In this document: one piece after another, positions 1-10,425 of the stretch | How positions within the stretch are numbered: the first letter of the stretch is position 1 | Layout: each line of letters begins with the position of its first letter | Origin: an uncultured Verrucomicrobiae bacterium | GTDB lineage: Bacteria > Verrucomicrobiota > Verrucomicrobiia > Chthoniobacterales > UBA10450 | Direction: 5' to 3' | DNA: 64,000 bases | Assembly (NCBI GenBank): GCA_963728955.1 | Contig: CAVSMG010000019.1 | Span: forward strand, 104,275-168,274 | Notes under the pieces: generated by a model | Databases searched by the model: none | Told to the model about the DNA's origin: nothing | The model's input: only the letters and a program-made list of their open reading frames with translations | Program-made: the position numbers and the translations under genes

Positions 1-129
1 TCCAGCTGAAGACGCACACGTGCCTGATATCGCGCGCAAACCCCTCGAAGAAATTAGTTCGTTTTGGCTCTAAAAGGGCCGCGTAACAAATGTGCGTGAA
101 TCTGCAGAATCTCTGGATGAACGTTGTGA

Positions 130-831
130 ATGCGAATCAGCGAAATGAACTGGATGATGGTGGAGGAATATCTCAAGCGTGACGATCGCGCGGTTTTGCC
201 GTTGGGCAGCACCGAACAACATGCCTACCTGAGCTTGAGCACCGACAGCATTTTGGCGGAACGGCTCGCCGTCGAAGCAGCCGAACCACTGGGGGTTCCC
301 GTATTTCCCGGGCTCTCCTACGGAATCACGCCCTATTTTCGCGCGTTTCCGGGAACGATCACGTTGCGGGTGGAAACCTACATGTCGGTTCTGCGCGATA
401 TTCTTGACTCGATCGCGGAGCACGGATTCAAACGAATGTTGATCGTCAACGGCCATGGCGGCAACACGCCTGCGCAAGGTTTGGTCGGCGAATGGATGGC
501 CGATCATCCGGGCGTGCGAGTTAAGTTCCATAACTGGTGGAATGGCCCGAAAGTTTGGGCACAAATAGAAACAACTGATCCAGTCGCCTCGCACGCATCG
601 TGGATGGAAAATTTTCCGTGGACGCGCCTGACAAAGGTCACGCTACCCTCGCATCAGAAGCCAATGAGCGATTTGGAGAAAGTGCGACGGCTCGATCCAA
701 AATCGTTGCGGGAATTTCTCAAGGACGGCAACTATGGCGGGCTTTATCATCGTGATGATGAGGAGATGATGAAAATCTGGCGCACAGCCGTGGAAGAAAC
801 GCGGGCGTTACTAAGCGAAGGCTGGGATTAA
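130..831 (+). CDS. Creatininase (creatinine amidohydrolase) family protein
   Basis: 233-aa ORF. It carries LPLGSTEQH and IVNGHGGN motifs typical of the creatininase fold, and ends 9 nt before a palindromic element. Confidence 0.85.
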   Translation: MRISEMNWMMVEEYLKRDDRAVLPLGSTEQHAYLSLSTDSILAERLAVEAAEPLGVPVFPGLSYGITPYFRAFPGTITLRVETYMSVLRDILDSIAEHGFKRMLIVNGHGGNTPAQGLVGEWMADHPGVRVKFHNWWNGPKVWAQIETTDPVASHASWMENFPWTRLTKVTLPSHQKPMSDLEKVRRLDPKSLREFLKDGNYGGLYHRDDEEMMKIWRTAVEETRALLSEGWD

Positions 832-839
832 ATGGAAGG

Positions 840-880
840 GTAGGGACGCCGCGCTGCGGCGTCCGGAGCGGTTGCCCTAC
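840..880. repeat. REP-like palindromic element (variant of the TGTAGGGCG family)
   Basis: GTAGGG/CCCTAC outer arms enclose a perfect 9-bp hairpin, GGACGCCGC-GCT-GCGGCGTCC. The architecture matches the elements at 15724, 39392 and 47956. It may also terminate the upstream gene. Confidence 0.5.
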
Positions 881-1110
881 AATTCTGTGTTTCTTCTAAG
901 CACGAAATGGATCAGACCGCAGTGCCCATGCGCGTTGCATCGACGAATTCTTCCGTGCGATGATCGATCTGCCGGCCGCTGCGGCCACCGCTCGTGTGAA
1001 TATAAAGCGCGCCTCGTTCGACTTTTGCCTTGGCCGGCGGCGGCAGGTTGATTTCGTATTTTGCCGGTTGCCGGTGATCGGCCAGTTGCAGGTCGGGACG
1101 ATAGACGTTA

Positions 1111-1734
1111 TTACGTCCATGCGCTGCAAAAAACGCAATCCCACGGGCAACCTCTGCTGAATTCAATTGAAGCCGCCGGGTCGAGCTGGCCGATAAAATA
1201 TTTCCGACGATGCCGCGCCAGATGCCGCGCGGGCAACAGGTCATCGAGTGACTCTACGAACTTTGGTGGCGGTCCGCGATGATCGAGTGTCACACACCCG
1301 GGAACGTCCTTAAGGTCGCGTCCATTTTGCGCGAGCGCCGCGAGCAACCCCGTAATTGCCGTTTCGCCTTCTCCCGTCAACACGCAATCGATAGCGCCTG
1401 CGGCATGACTCAAAATTTCTTCAGGAATGAATGAGACGCTGTGGCCGCCAACGCAGATAATTGCTTCCGGCAGCGATTCTCGCGCAGCTCGCGCCAGATC
1501 AATTATTTCGGGAACGTTAGCAAGATAATTGCCGCAGAATGCGATCACATCCGGCCGCCAGAATTGAACCGAGCGGAAAAAATCCGGGTGCGATTCGCAT
1601 TGCAGGTCGATCAATCGCACCGAGTGTCCGGCGCGTTCAGCAGCTGCCCCCACAAGCTCGAGTCCGAGCGGCTCCAACCGAAGGTAAATCTTCGAATACA
1701 TCAAACAACTCGGATGGACCGCCAGGAATTTCAT
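1111..1734 (-). pseudogene. B12-binding-domain radical SAM enzyme, N-terminal fragment only
   Basis: From the Met at 1734 (MKFLAVHPS...) there is a B12-binding-like Rossmann segment, then SRGCPWDCVFCSAWT (CxxxCxxC cluster motif) followed at once by a stop. No downstream frame continues a radical SAM barrel, and only about 280 nt remain before the next gene. Confidence 0.6.
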
Positions 1735-2033
1735 CTCTTCAGGGAAGGTACAGGTCTGTTTGATTCTTCGGAAGTTATTAAGAAACAGACACACCCTTTG
1801 ATTCTTCGCAATATTGTTATGGACGCGCGCGTATTTTTCGCCGCGTTCAACCGACGAAGTGGTAGGGCGCGTCACTCCGTGCGCGCCGGCGGAAGTGCCG
1901 GATGCCGATTTGGCGGGCAGAGGACTGCCCGCCCTACCGTCGCGACCCATTCGCATGCGCAGTTAAGCAAAGTTCAAGACGGTTGCTGGATGGGTCCAGT
2001 GCGATTTATATATTACAGAGAGGAAAGATTTCC

Positions 2034-3563
2034 ATGACTGAAGCGTCGGGTGAGCTTGAAGGACCTGATTTTGAAAAAGGTTGCGAGACCGAAAAGGTGT
2101 CGGATGCCGGAATGCTTTTGGGCCATGCGTTTGGAGAACCAGTTCTTGTCGCCAGGCGAGGCGAAGAACTCTTTGCCATCGGCGCAACGTGCACGCATTA
2201 CGGCGGACCGCTCGCGAAAGGTTTGATGATCGATTGCGCGGTGCATTGCCCATGGCATCATGCGCGCTTCGATTTGCGCACGGGTGAAGCGATTGCGGCA
2301 CCCGCTCTAAATGACGTCGCCTGCTATAGAATCGAGAATCGCGGCGAGCGATTTTTGGTGACCGGCAGGATCGATAAAAAAACGGATCGCAAACCGAAAT
2401 CATCTCCGGCGAGTGTTGTAATTGTCGGCGCAGGGGCAGCGGGCGGCGCGGCGGCTGAAATGTTGCGTCGCGAAGGATATGACGGGCCGGTTACGATGAT
2501 CGGCGCAGATCAATTTTTGCCCTACGATCGACCGAATCTTTCGAAGGATTATCTCGCAGGTAATGCGCCCGAAGAATGGATCCCTCTGCGGTCACCGGAA
2601 TTTTATCGCGAGCAAAAGATCAAGACCCTTACTAATACGAGCGTCACGGCGATCGATCCAAAAGCAAAACAGCTAACGTTGTCAGATGGCCGCTCGTTAG
2701 GTTATGACGCCCTGTTGCTGGCGACCGGAGCTGAGCCTGTTCACCTCGACGTTCCGGGGGACGATTTGCCGCACGTTTGCTATCTGCGGACTCTGGGTGA
2801 CAGCCGGCGCATTATTGAGAAAGCGAAGAACGCAAAACGCGCTGTGGTAATCGGCTCAGGTTTCATTGGACTGGAAGTGGCATGGTCGCTGCGCGAACGC
2901 AAACTGGAGGTCGCAGTCGTGGGAAAAGGATCGCTGCCGCTCGAGAAAGTGCTGGGACGCGAAATGGGCAATCTGGTTCGCGAAACGCACGAAGCGCATG
3001 GCGTGAAATTTCATCTCGGTCGAACGCCCTCAGCAATTCACGAGCGACGTGTGCAGCTTGATGACGGAACGAAATTGGACTGCGATTTGGTCGTAATCGG
3101 AATCGGCGTTCGCCCCAGCACATATCTTGCTGAGCAAGCGGGTATCGCGACTGAGGACGGTGTGTTGGTGAACGAGTTTCTGGAAACGAACGTGCCGGGA
3201 ATTTTTGCCGCAGGCGACATTGCGCGCTGGCCCGACCCGCGCGTGGGCCGCATCCGCGTGGAGCATTGGGTTGTGGCGCAGCGCCAGGGTCAAACCGCTG
3301 CCCGGAATATGCTTAGCGCACGCGAGCCGTTCGTGGCGCCGCCATTTTTCTGGAGCAATCATTTCGATCTGCACATCCACTATGTCGGTCATGGCCGCGG
3401 CGATGATCGCTCGAGCGTGTCCGGCGATATGAAAGCAAAAGATGCTTCGGTGATTTTCCGAGCTGGTGACAAGCTTACTGCGGTGGCGAGCATCGGTCGC
3501 GACCGCGAAAATCTGCGGGCTGAGGTAGCGCTGGAACTCGGCGAAGAATTTCGACCAGAGTAG
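2034..3563 (+). CDS. Rieske [2Fe-2S] domain fused to FAD/NAD(P)-dependent pyridine nucleotide-disulfide oxidoreductase (ferredoxin-reductase-like)
   Basis: Rieske motifs CTHYGGPL and CPWHHARF. Dinucleotide-binding motifs VVIVGAGAAGGAAA and AVVIGSGFIGLEVA, plus GIFAAGDIA. The start is placed at MTEASG (2034) rather than the upstream extension from 1902. Confidence 0.85.
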   Translation: MTEASGELEGPDFEKGCETEKVSDAGMLLGHAFGEPVLVARRGEELFAIGATCTHYGGPLAKGLMIDCAVHCPWHHARFDLRTGEAIAAPALNDVACYRIENRGERFLVTGRIDKKTDRKPKSSPASVVIVGAGAAGGAAAEMLRREGYDGPVTMIGADQFLPYDRPNLSKDYLAGNAPEEWIPLRSPEFYREQKIKTLTNTSVTAIDPKAKQLTLSDGRSLGYDALLLATGAEPVHLDVPGDDLPHVCYLRTLGDSRRIIEKAKNAKRAVVIGSGFIGLEVAWSLRERKLEVAVVGKGSLPLEKVLGREMGNLVRETHEAHGVKFHLGRTPSAIHERRVQLDDGTKLDCDLVVIGIGVRPSTYLAEQAGIATEDGVLVNEFLETNVPGIFAAGDIARWPDPRVGRIRVEHWVVAQRQGQTAARNMLSAREPFVAPPFFWSNHFDLHIHYVGHGRGDDRSSVSGDMKAKDASVIFRAGDKLTAVASIGRDRENLRAEVALELGEEFRPE

Positions 3564-3836
3564 AGGCTTAGCCATCCGCAGGATGCGTCGTCACGAACTT
3601 GTTGGACATTTGCTTTTCCAGTCCCTCCTATGGCTCAGCGACTATGAGAGATCAGACGACATCGACGAAGCGCCATTAATTCAGACGACAGCAGCTCCCC
3701 AGTCTTCATGATTGCTTCGCGTATTACGTTTGCGATTTGCAAAATCGTGTTCAACGCACTTCAACCTATTCTTTGAATCGGCCGGTGCGATTGCGGGTGT
3801 CTGGCCGGGGTCAACGCCCCAGGCTACAGTCAGTCC

Positions 3837-4439
3837 TCAACGTGCTCCGAGCGCGTGGCCGGTATCGTTCCAGACCCGGATCGCTGGATCACACAAGTCG
3901 TGTTCGTAGGTCAGCGCGCTCAAGCTTGCTGTGTCTAGCATGAGATATTTGCCGATGAGCGGTTCGAGGCCCAGCCAGCGCGCGGCGAACACTCGCAGGA
4001 AATGGCCGCTCGAGAAAATCAAAACGTTCCCGTTGATCGCGCGAATATGGGCGACAACACCGTCCGCCCGCGCGGCTACCTCCGACGGCGATTCCCCATT
4101 CGGACAACCGTCACGAAACAATGCCCAATCGGGACGCTTCCTACGAATTTCCGCTGTGCGAATGCCTTCGTAATCGCCGTAGTTCCATTCGACCAGATCA
4201 GGATCTACCTCGGCCACCGCTCCGAACCCCGCCAGTTCACAGGTCCGTTTGGCGCGTTGCAATGGGCTCGTTAGGACTTTTGCGAAAGCCAATCCGGCCA
4301 GTCGGTCGCGGAGGTGGTGAGCATTGCGTTCGCCCTCCTCAGTCAGCGGCAAATCGGTCCGCCCCGTATGCCGGCCATCGCGGCTCCACACGGTCTCGCC
4401 GTGGCGGGCGAGATAAATCACCGGTAAAACGTTATTCAT
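3837..4439 (-). CDS. Histidine phosphatase (phosphoglycerate mutase-like) family protein
   Basis: 200-aa ORF with the N-terminal catalytic motif LARHGETVWS...RHTGRTDLPLTEEG and a C-terminal SSGHFLRV segment. Confidence 0.85.
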   Translation of the reverse strand: MNNVLPVIYLARHGETVWSRDGRHTGRTDLPLTEEGERNAHHLRDRLAGLAFAKVLTSPLQRAKRTCELAGFGAVAEVDPDLVEWNYGDYEGIRTAEIRRKRPDWALFRDGCPNGESPSEVAARADGVVAHIRAINGNVLIFSSGHFLRVFAARWLGLEPLIGKYLMLDTASLSALTYEHDLCDPAIRVWNDTGHALGAR

Positions 4440-4549
4440 CGCTGGTGTCTTTAGGTTGGCTCGCTAAAGCTGTGCGCTACACGTCGCGATTCGGCGACCG
4501 ACCACCTGTGCCGAAGGTACGGCGGCAGGCAAGTCGTCGTTTCTTGTTA

Positions 4550-6940
4550 TCACAAAACGCTTATGTCCCAGTTGCGTTTTTCCCAGCGCTGCTCGCCCTT
4601 CCAAAAAAGCGTAAATGTGAATACTGAGCCGACTGCCCAGTCTGCCGTTGGAAAATCCGCATACCAAAGATTCAACTCCTCTTGATGAACGGTCTGCGAT
4701 TCGTTAGTCCGCGCCCAATTGTCAGTTGACCAAACGATCGTCGCTTCCCCGGCCAGAATGATTCGCAAAATTTTACCGTGCGACACATTTCGCATTGAGT
4801 GACGCAGACTCCAGATTTCGTATCGGTTTTGCATTCGATTCGCGACGTAGCGTTGATACGCCGGCTCGACACGGTCGAAACAGACGCCGTCATGGCAACT
4901 GCGCACAAGTGAAACGTATTCGGCGTGCGACCAGCAAAGCGGCATCGCCGCGCCGGTTGGGCCCCCAGGTTTCATTCTCGCGTCTGGCAAGTCGTCACCG
5001 TCCCAAATCTGTTCGGTCAGCATCCCGCCCTGATTGGAAAAATGTTCCATCGTCTTGATGAACGGCTTTGGATCGCGTCCGGCAGCCAATTCGTAATGGC
5101 CGCGCTCTCCTGTCAAGATCGGCCAGCACCGGCCTACGCCCGTTCCGTCGTATGCGCTGCCGTCATCCTTTTGTCCATAGCCATCATGATTGTAACGATG
5201 CCAGCCCGGGCCCTGAGGTAAATCATGCTTGATCACGCGATCGATCACTTTGATCGAGTCGCGCACCAGCGGATCGTTAGGCTCTCGAATACCGTAGCGC
5301 ACCAGATGCAGGAAATCCCCGCCCACGACATTGCGCACCGGATGCAAACCGCCGCCGTTGGCGATCTGAATCATTGTAATATTCGGATCGGGGTGGGGAT
5401 CAGGCGCGTTAGGATCGGTCGTATTAATTCGGACGTAATGGCGAGGAATGCCTGCGACCAGCTCGCCCTCTGTTGTTACCGTCCAATCTTCAACATGCGC
5501 CGTGAGCCAGTCGGCATACGCGAAAATGAAATCGGCCGCGTCTGCTTTGCCATATTCTTTCGCCCAGTCCGCGGCGCACGCGAGAGCCGCGATCACCGAA
5601 GCGAGGGTGGAAGGCGAGTAGCCTGCATTTTCTTCCCAGCGGTCTTGCGCTGTCACCGGACCATGCAGAATCAGGCGCGTCGCCGCGCGCCTTACAATGG
5701 CGCGAGGATTGAACAAACCGAGCGCATCATGTTTATGCAAACGCCACGCCAGCAATATCGGCAGTGCAACCTGGTCGAGTTGCAACCCCGACCAATAAGC
5801 CGTTCCGTCGATCCAGCTGTTTTGCGGAAAACTGCCGTCCGGCCGCTGAATCGCCGCGAGCCAGATCAACGCGCGCAAAGGCGTGCCCATTTGACCGGTG
5901 GCGAGGAGCGCGGTGGCAGTATGCACAAGGTCGCGTGTCCACACGAGGTGATAGCCGCCCAGATCTTGATCGCCCTTGGTTTCGCCCCAGGGAATGCTCA
6001 TCGACGCGACCGTTGCGCCTTGAAAAACTTTGTCCTCGTGCGTTAGCAGAACGCATCGGCTCAGCCGATACATTCCACCGTCGTCGCATGTATCGTTGCT
6101 GAAATCGAACTTGGGATCCACGACTGCTCGCTGCCACTGACGAACATATCCTTCGCGTTTTAACTCAAACGATTCGGCCAACGATTGGAACAACTTTGTG
6201 GCAGCGCTCTGGTAGCTCCGACCAAGCGCAACGGCGATCGTAAATTCACCGCTGTCCGGCAAATGGATTTCCCCGGTCAACGCGATGTTGCCATTCTCAG
6301 CGGAGTGAAATTCCCAATCCATCTTGAAATTGTCCATCAAGTCCTGCCAACCGTCGCTGAAACCGACATAACCGATCGATCGCCGCGAGAAACCACTGCT
6401 GCATGCCATAAGCAGATGCACGTTCTTCCGCTGCGCATGGAGCAGTTTGTCATCCCCGATTTCCGAACATGATCCCGAATTGCCGGCACCAAAGCCGCCG
6501 AGGTGCGGCGCCAGCAAAGCGTAAAGCCGCAGCTTGCCGCGCAAGGTTTCGTCCAGCACCTCGAGCTTTGTATGCACGAACAAGACCGACCGGTGCGGAT
6601 CAGTGAGCACATGTTTAACCACACGATAACGGCCGCCCGGTTCGGAATTCGTTAATTGATAAAAGAGGCAATCGCGCTCGGGATATTCAATCTCGTGATC
6701 GAGGTCACGCTTTTCTTCGTGGCAGAACGTTTCGCCGTCGCTGATGAGGAACTGAAAGTCTCGCGTATTCGGTTTATCGACGTGCGGATAATAAATTTCG
6801 TTCACGATTCCGTGGCTCAGCGTGAACCATATGCGGCAACTGGTGTGATAGGCTGTGCCTACGCCCTCTTTGGCGCTCGAAGTCCAGCGCGGCTCAATTC
6901 CCGGAGCGCCAAAGGCAAATGAATTTTCACTCGAACTCAT
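4550..6940 (-). CDS. Glycoside hydrolase family 15 glucoamylase (glucan 1,4-alpha-glucosidase-like) with N-terminal beta-sandwich domain
   Basis: Uninterrupted 796-aa ORF. It has the bacterial glucoamylase N-domain (GAPGIEPRWTSS...), a catalytic (alpha/alpha)6 region with GGYHLVWTRDL and RWEENAGYSP, and a C-terminal extension. Confidence 0.9.
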   Translation of the reverse strand: MSSSENSFAFGAPGIEPRWTSSAKEGVGTAYHTSCRIWFTLSHGIVNEIYYPHVDKPNTRDFQFLISDGETFCHEEKRDLDHEIEYPERDCLFYQLTNSEPGGRYRVVKHVLTDPHRSVLFVHTKLEVLDETLRGKLRLYALLAPHLGGFGAGNSGSCSEIGDDKLLHAQRKNVHLLMACSSGFSRRSIGYVGFSDGWQDLMDNFKMDWEFHSAENGNIALTGEIHLPDSGEFTIAVALGRSYQSAATKLFQSLAESFELKREGYVRQWQRAVVDPKFDFSNDTCDDGGMYRLSRCVLLTHEDKVFQGATVASMSIPWGETKGDQDLGGYHLVWTRDLVHTATALLATGQMGTPLRALIWLAAIQRPDGSFPQNSWIDGTAYWSGLQLDQVALPILLAWRLHKHDALGLFNPRAIVRRAATRLILHGPVTAQDRWEENAGYSPSTLASVIAALACAADWAKEYGKADAADFIFAYADWLTAHVEDWTVTTEGELVAGIPRHYVRINTTDPNAPDPHPDPNITMIQIANGGGLHPVRNVVGGDFLHLVRYGIREPNDPLVRDSIKVIDRVIKHDLPQGPGWHRYNHDGYGQKDDGSAYDGTGVGRCWPILTGERGHYELAAGRDPKPFIKTMEHFSNQGGMLTEQIWDGDDLPDARMKPGGPTGAAMPLCWSHAEYVSLVRSCHDGVCFDRVEPAYQRYVANRMQNRYEIWSLRHSMRNVSHGKILRIILAGEATIVWSTDNWARTNESQTVHQEELNLWYADFPTADWAVGSVFTFTLFWKGEQRWEKRNWDISVL

Positions 6941-7255
6941 GCCCTAAGCGTTAGCCGATTCGAATGGGAACAGCAAGATCGTCAGGTCGGGGTATCGCGA
7001 CAACACGCAACGCGTGTCTCTCGGGTAGGACCTTGGCTCGCCGTGGCTTGATGCGAGGGCTGGTCGGCAAAGGCGCTGCAACCAACAGGCGAGCCGCGTG
7101 TGCTCCGCAGAGATCCGTGTCATCCAGCAGCCGCCTGCGGTGGCGGACGCGCATTGCAACAATCGATCGGCGTGCAGAAGACTGCGCGTCCTACCTACAA
7201 AATCTGTTGTCGGCTTGATTCGGTCCTCGGCGCAGATTAAGCGTGGCTCTGGCAT

Positions 7256-8878
7256 ATGTCTCGATCGAGCACGAGTGAAGTGTTGCGCGCGCATTGCGCG
7301 GCGATTGCAGAAGAGGAAGCGATTCTGCGCGAAGGCGGCGGCAAGGCTGGCCATGAACGCCAGCGCAAGATGGGACGCTTGCCGGTGCGCGAACGGATAC
7401 GTCACTTACTCGATACCGACTCGCCGTTTTTCGAGATTGAACTCTGGGCCGCTTACAAAATGTACGAGCAATGGGGAAAAATCCCGGCGGCAGGAGTCGT
7501 GACGGGCATCGGCAATGTCGAAGGCGTTTCGTGCATGATCGTCGCCAACGACGCAACGGTGAAAGCCGGCGCGTTTTTTCCCGCGACTACAAAAAAGGTC
7601 ATTCGCGCGCAGCGAATCGCGTTCGAATGCGCGCTCCCGCTCGTTTACCTGGTCGATTCGGCGGGCGTGTTCCTGCCGATGCAGGATGAAATTTTTCCCG
7701 ATGAAGACGATTTCGGCCGGATCTTTCGCAATAACTCTGTGATTTCAGCCGCCGGAATCCCGCAGTTTGCCGCGATCATGGGGAATTGCGTCGCCGGCGG
7801 AGCGTATCTCCCGGTGTTGTGCGACAAAATTTTGATGACACAGGGAAGCGGCCTTTATCTTGCGGGGCCGTCTCTGGTGAAAGCGGCAATTGGTCAAATC
7901 GTCGATGCCGAAGATCTGGGCGGAGCACAAATGCATTCAGAAATCAGCGGCACCGTGGACTTTTTTGAAAAAGACGATCCTTCGTGTCTCAAACGTCTTC
8001 GTGCGCTGGTTGCGATGCTGCCCGAAGCGACATCTGGCGGCGGGCGCGCCCTGCCAGATTCACCGAATCCCGGGAAAAATCCGGACACTGTTTATGATCT
8101 GATCAGTTTCGATGGCCGGAGAAATTATGATGCGCGCGATCTGCTGGCCACGATCGTTGACGCGAACTCAATGGATGAATACAAGGCCGATTACGGCAAG
8201 ACGCTAGTGACGGCATATGCACGTGTTAACGGACGACCCGTGGGCATTGTCGCCAATCAGCGCGTGCAGGTCAGGACCAAAAAGGAAGGAATACAGATGG
8301 GCGGCGTCATTTATTCCGATAGTGCGGATAAAGCGGCGCGCTTCGTGATGGATTGTAATCAGACAAATTTGCCGATCTTTTTTTTCCAGGACGTCAGCGG
8401 GTTCATGGTCGGGCGCGATGCGGAAGAGAGCGGGATCATTCGCAGCGGCGCGAAACTGGTGAACGCTGTGAGCAATTCCATCGTGCCGAAGATCACAGTG
8501 GTGGTAGGCGGGTCTTTCGGAGCCGGTAATTACGCGCTGTGCGGCAAGGCATACGATCCGCGATTCATCCTTGCCTGGCCGAATGCGCGTTATGCTGTGA
8601 TGGGCGCCGCGCAGGCTTCGGACACGGTGTTCTCAATTCTTGCCAGGGCGCACGAGCGAGGGGACAAGAAAGCATCGCCGGAGGAACTCGAAGAATTACG
8701 CCTGAAAGTGAAACAAAGCTACGAAGAGCAAACCGATATTCGCTACGGTGCCGCTCGCGGCTGGGTGGACGCGATCATCCAGCCACACGAAACACGCGAC
8801 GTGCTGATTCGCCTTTTGCAGTACGTGTCGCGTCCGATGCCGAAAGCGCATTTTCACACCGGAGTAATTCAGGTGTAG
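7256..8878 (+). CDS. Acyl-CoA carboxylase carboxyltransferase (beta) subunit, methylcrotonyl-/geranyl-CoA carboxylase-like
   Basis: 540-aa ORF with carboxyl-transferase N and C halves: GKLPVRERI-like RLPVRERIRHLLD, ANDATVKAGAFFP, GNCVAGGAYLP, and FFFQDVSGFMVG. Confidence 0.9.
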   Translation: MSRSSTSEVLRAHCAAIAEEEAILREGGGKAGHERQRKMGRLPVRERIRHLLDTDSPFFEIELWAAYKMYEQWGKIPAAGVVTGIGNVEGVSCMIVANDATVKAGAFFPATTKKVIRAQRIAFECALPLVYLVDSAGVFLPMQDEIFPDEDDFGRIFRNNSVISAAGIPQFAAIMGNCVAGGAYLPVLCDKILMTQGSGLYLAGPSLVKAAIGQIVDAEDLGGAQMHSEISGTVDFFEKDDPSCLKRLRALVAMLPEATSGGGRALPDSPNPGKNPDTVYDLISFDGRRNYDARDLLATIVDANSMDEYKADYGKTLVTAYARVNGRPVGIVANQRVQVRTKKEGIQMGGVIYSDSADKAARFVMDCNQTNLPIFFFQDVSGFMVGRDAEESGIIRSGAKLVNAVSNSIVPKITVVVGGSFGAGNYALCGKAYDPRFILAWPNARYAVMGAAQASDTVFSILARAHERGDKKASPEELEELRLKVKQSYEEQTDIRYGAARGWVDAIIQPHETRDVLIRLLQYVSRPMPKAHFHTGVIQV

Positions 8879-8935
8879 CTCCATTTAGCGATTCATCGAA
8901 TTTCCGATTTAACAGTGTAACGTTCTAACGATCCC

Positions 8936-9700
8936 ATGCCCGTCGTCTTAGTCGAAAAACAATCGGCGCAGATTACTGTAATAACTCTCAACCGGCCTGA
9001 GCGTCGGAACGCTCTGACTCTGGAGTTGCTGACGGAATTGTGTGCAGCCGTCAATGTCGCATCCGAACAACCGGAGCAGCGCGTACTGATTTTGCGCGGA
9101 GCGGGCGCGGCGTTTTGCACCGGCTTGGATTTGAAAGAGGCGGCCGATCAAACGAAGGCGCATGCGACGGCGGAGATGGTGGCGAACACTTTGACCACCA
9201 TCAGCCAAACACGCCTCGTTACGATTGCAGCGGTGCACGGCGCGGCGGTTGCAGGCGGGGCGGGCGTTATGTCGGCATGCGATTTTGTCGTCGCCGCAGA
9301 GAGAACGAAGATCGGATATCCTGAGGTACGCCGCGGTTTGGTCGCGGGGCTGGTTATGACATTTCTGCGGCGTCAGTCAGGCGAACGAAACGTGCGCGAA
9401 CTGTTATTCGGCGCGGAACTGATCGACGCCGCACGCGCAAAGGAGATCGGGTTGGTGAATCGCGTCGTTCCGGCGAACGACGTGATGAGTGAAGCGCAGA
9501 AATTTGCCGCATCGGTGTTGCAAGGCGCGACTGGCGCGGTAGTGCAGACGAAACGATTAGTGGAGGAACTCTGGTGGCGCCCGGTGAAGGAAGATGTCGG
9601 TCTCGCGTTGAAATATCACATGCAAGCGCGCGAATCGGACGAAGCCCGCGAAGGCATCGCCGCGTTTAACGAAAAGCGCAAGCCAAACTGGACTGAATAG
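8936..9700 (+). CDS. Enoyl-CoA hydratase/isomerase (crotonase) family protein
   Basis: 254-aa ORF with VITLNRPERRNAL, GAGAAFCTGLDLKE and AAVHGAAVAGGAG oxyanion-hole segments. It lies directly downstream of the carboxyltransferase gene, a Leu/isoprenoid catabolism-type pairing. Confidence 0.85.
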   Translation: MPVVLVEKQSAQITVITLNRPERRNALTLELLTELCAAVNVASEQPEQRVLILRGAGAAFCTGLDLKEAADQTKAHATAEMVANTLTTISQTRLVTIAAVHGAAVAGGAGVMSACDFVVAAERTKIGYPEVRRGLVAGLVMTFLRRQSGERNVRELLFGAELIDAARAKEIGLVNRVVPANDVMSEAQKFAASVLQGATGAVVQTKRLVEELWWRPVKEDVGLALKYHMQARESDEAREGIAAFNEKRKPNWTE

Positions 9701-9766
9701 CTTTAGCCGGAATCGTTGACCCCATTGCATCGCCGATGCCGGCTACAACCCTTGATTGTGAAACGG

Positions 9767-10249
9767 CTACGCCGGCTGCGACGGTCGAGAAACCGTTGCC
9801 CCAGAACTCCCTGCGGATGGTCCCTGGTACTGAGCGCTGCCAAAACCGAGAATCGGGAAGAAAATAACCGCCAGCAAAAGCAAACCAATCCCAAAGCCCA
9901 CTCCTTTCCCGAAACTCTTAGCCAGGTCGATGATAAGAATGATCAGGATGATGAAATTAACGAAAGGAATTAGCATCAAAAGAATCCACCACCACGGCCG
10001 CCCGACGATCTTGCACCAAACGTAGAGATTGTAGATCGGAATGATACATGCCCAGCCTGGCTGACCTGCCTTTGTAAAGATTTTCCACCAAGCTGCGATC
10101 ATTAAGATCGTGAACGCCAGATAGAAAATCCAGAACAGCGGGCCCGGCGCCTGTCCCGGGCCTGAAGCAGAATATGAATACTCGGCCTGTGCGAACAAGC
10201 GAGCGGGCGTGAACAAAACGGTTTGCGTAACTTCGATGAGTGAATTCAT
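9767..10249 (-). CDS. Small integral membrane protein, DUF5684-like
   Basis: KIFTKAGQPGWACIIPIYNLYVWCKIVGRPWWWILLMLIPFVNFI matches the pattern I recall for DUF5684. There are several TM segments. The start is placed at MNSLIE (10249); an upstream start at 10291 is possible. Confidence 0.65.
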   Translation of the reverse strand: MNSLIEVTQTVLFTPARLFAQAEYSYSASGPGQAPGPLFWIFYLAFTILMIAAWWKIFTKAGQPGWACIIPIYNLYVWCKIVGRPWWWILLMLIPFVNFIILIILIIDLAKSFGKGVGFGIGLLLLAVIFFPILGFGSAQYQGPSAGSSGATVSRPSQPA

Positions 10250-10425
10250 AGAGTTACGTAACGGTTTAAGAGAGTGGTGATGACGCGGCAAGCAAAATCT
10301 TTCGTAGACGACGCGCTAGACGGAACTTACGGATCGTTAGTACCCTCGGCATGCGCCTTCCTCGGAGTGAGAAGGTGCGAATTCCGCGGCTTCAAAATGC
10401 GGCGGTTATTTTCCCGGCGCATCCG

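Noticed and set aside
1902-2033. Upstream extensions of several ORF-track entries, for example 1902, 28925, 29979, 33434, 48090, 50164, 54537, 58667 and 62510.
   Set aside because: Internal Met or GTG codons give N-termini that match family consensus or signal peptides. The extensions overlap neighbouring genes, repeats or intergenic palindromes.
5225-6046. Long antisense or alternative-frame ORFs inside confident genes. Examples are 5225-6046, 13146-14297, 24545-25435, 25957-26598, 42716-43384, 48827-49522, 53379-53987, 60274-61086 and 63319-63855.
   Set aside because: These are shadow ORFs typical of GC-rich DNA. They lie opposite or out of frame to ORFs with clear family motifs, and their translations are Arg/Ala/Ser-rich low-complexity sequence with no recognisable domains.
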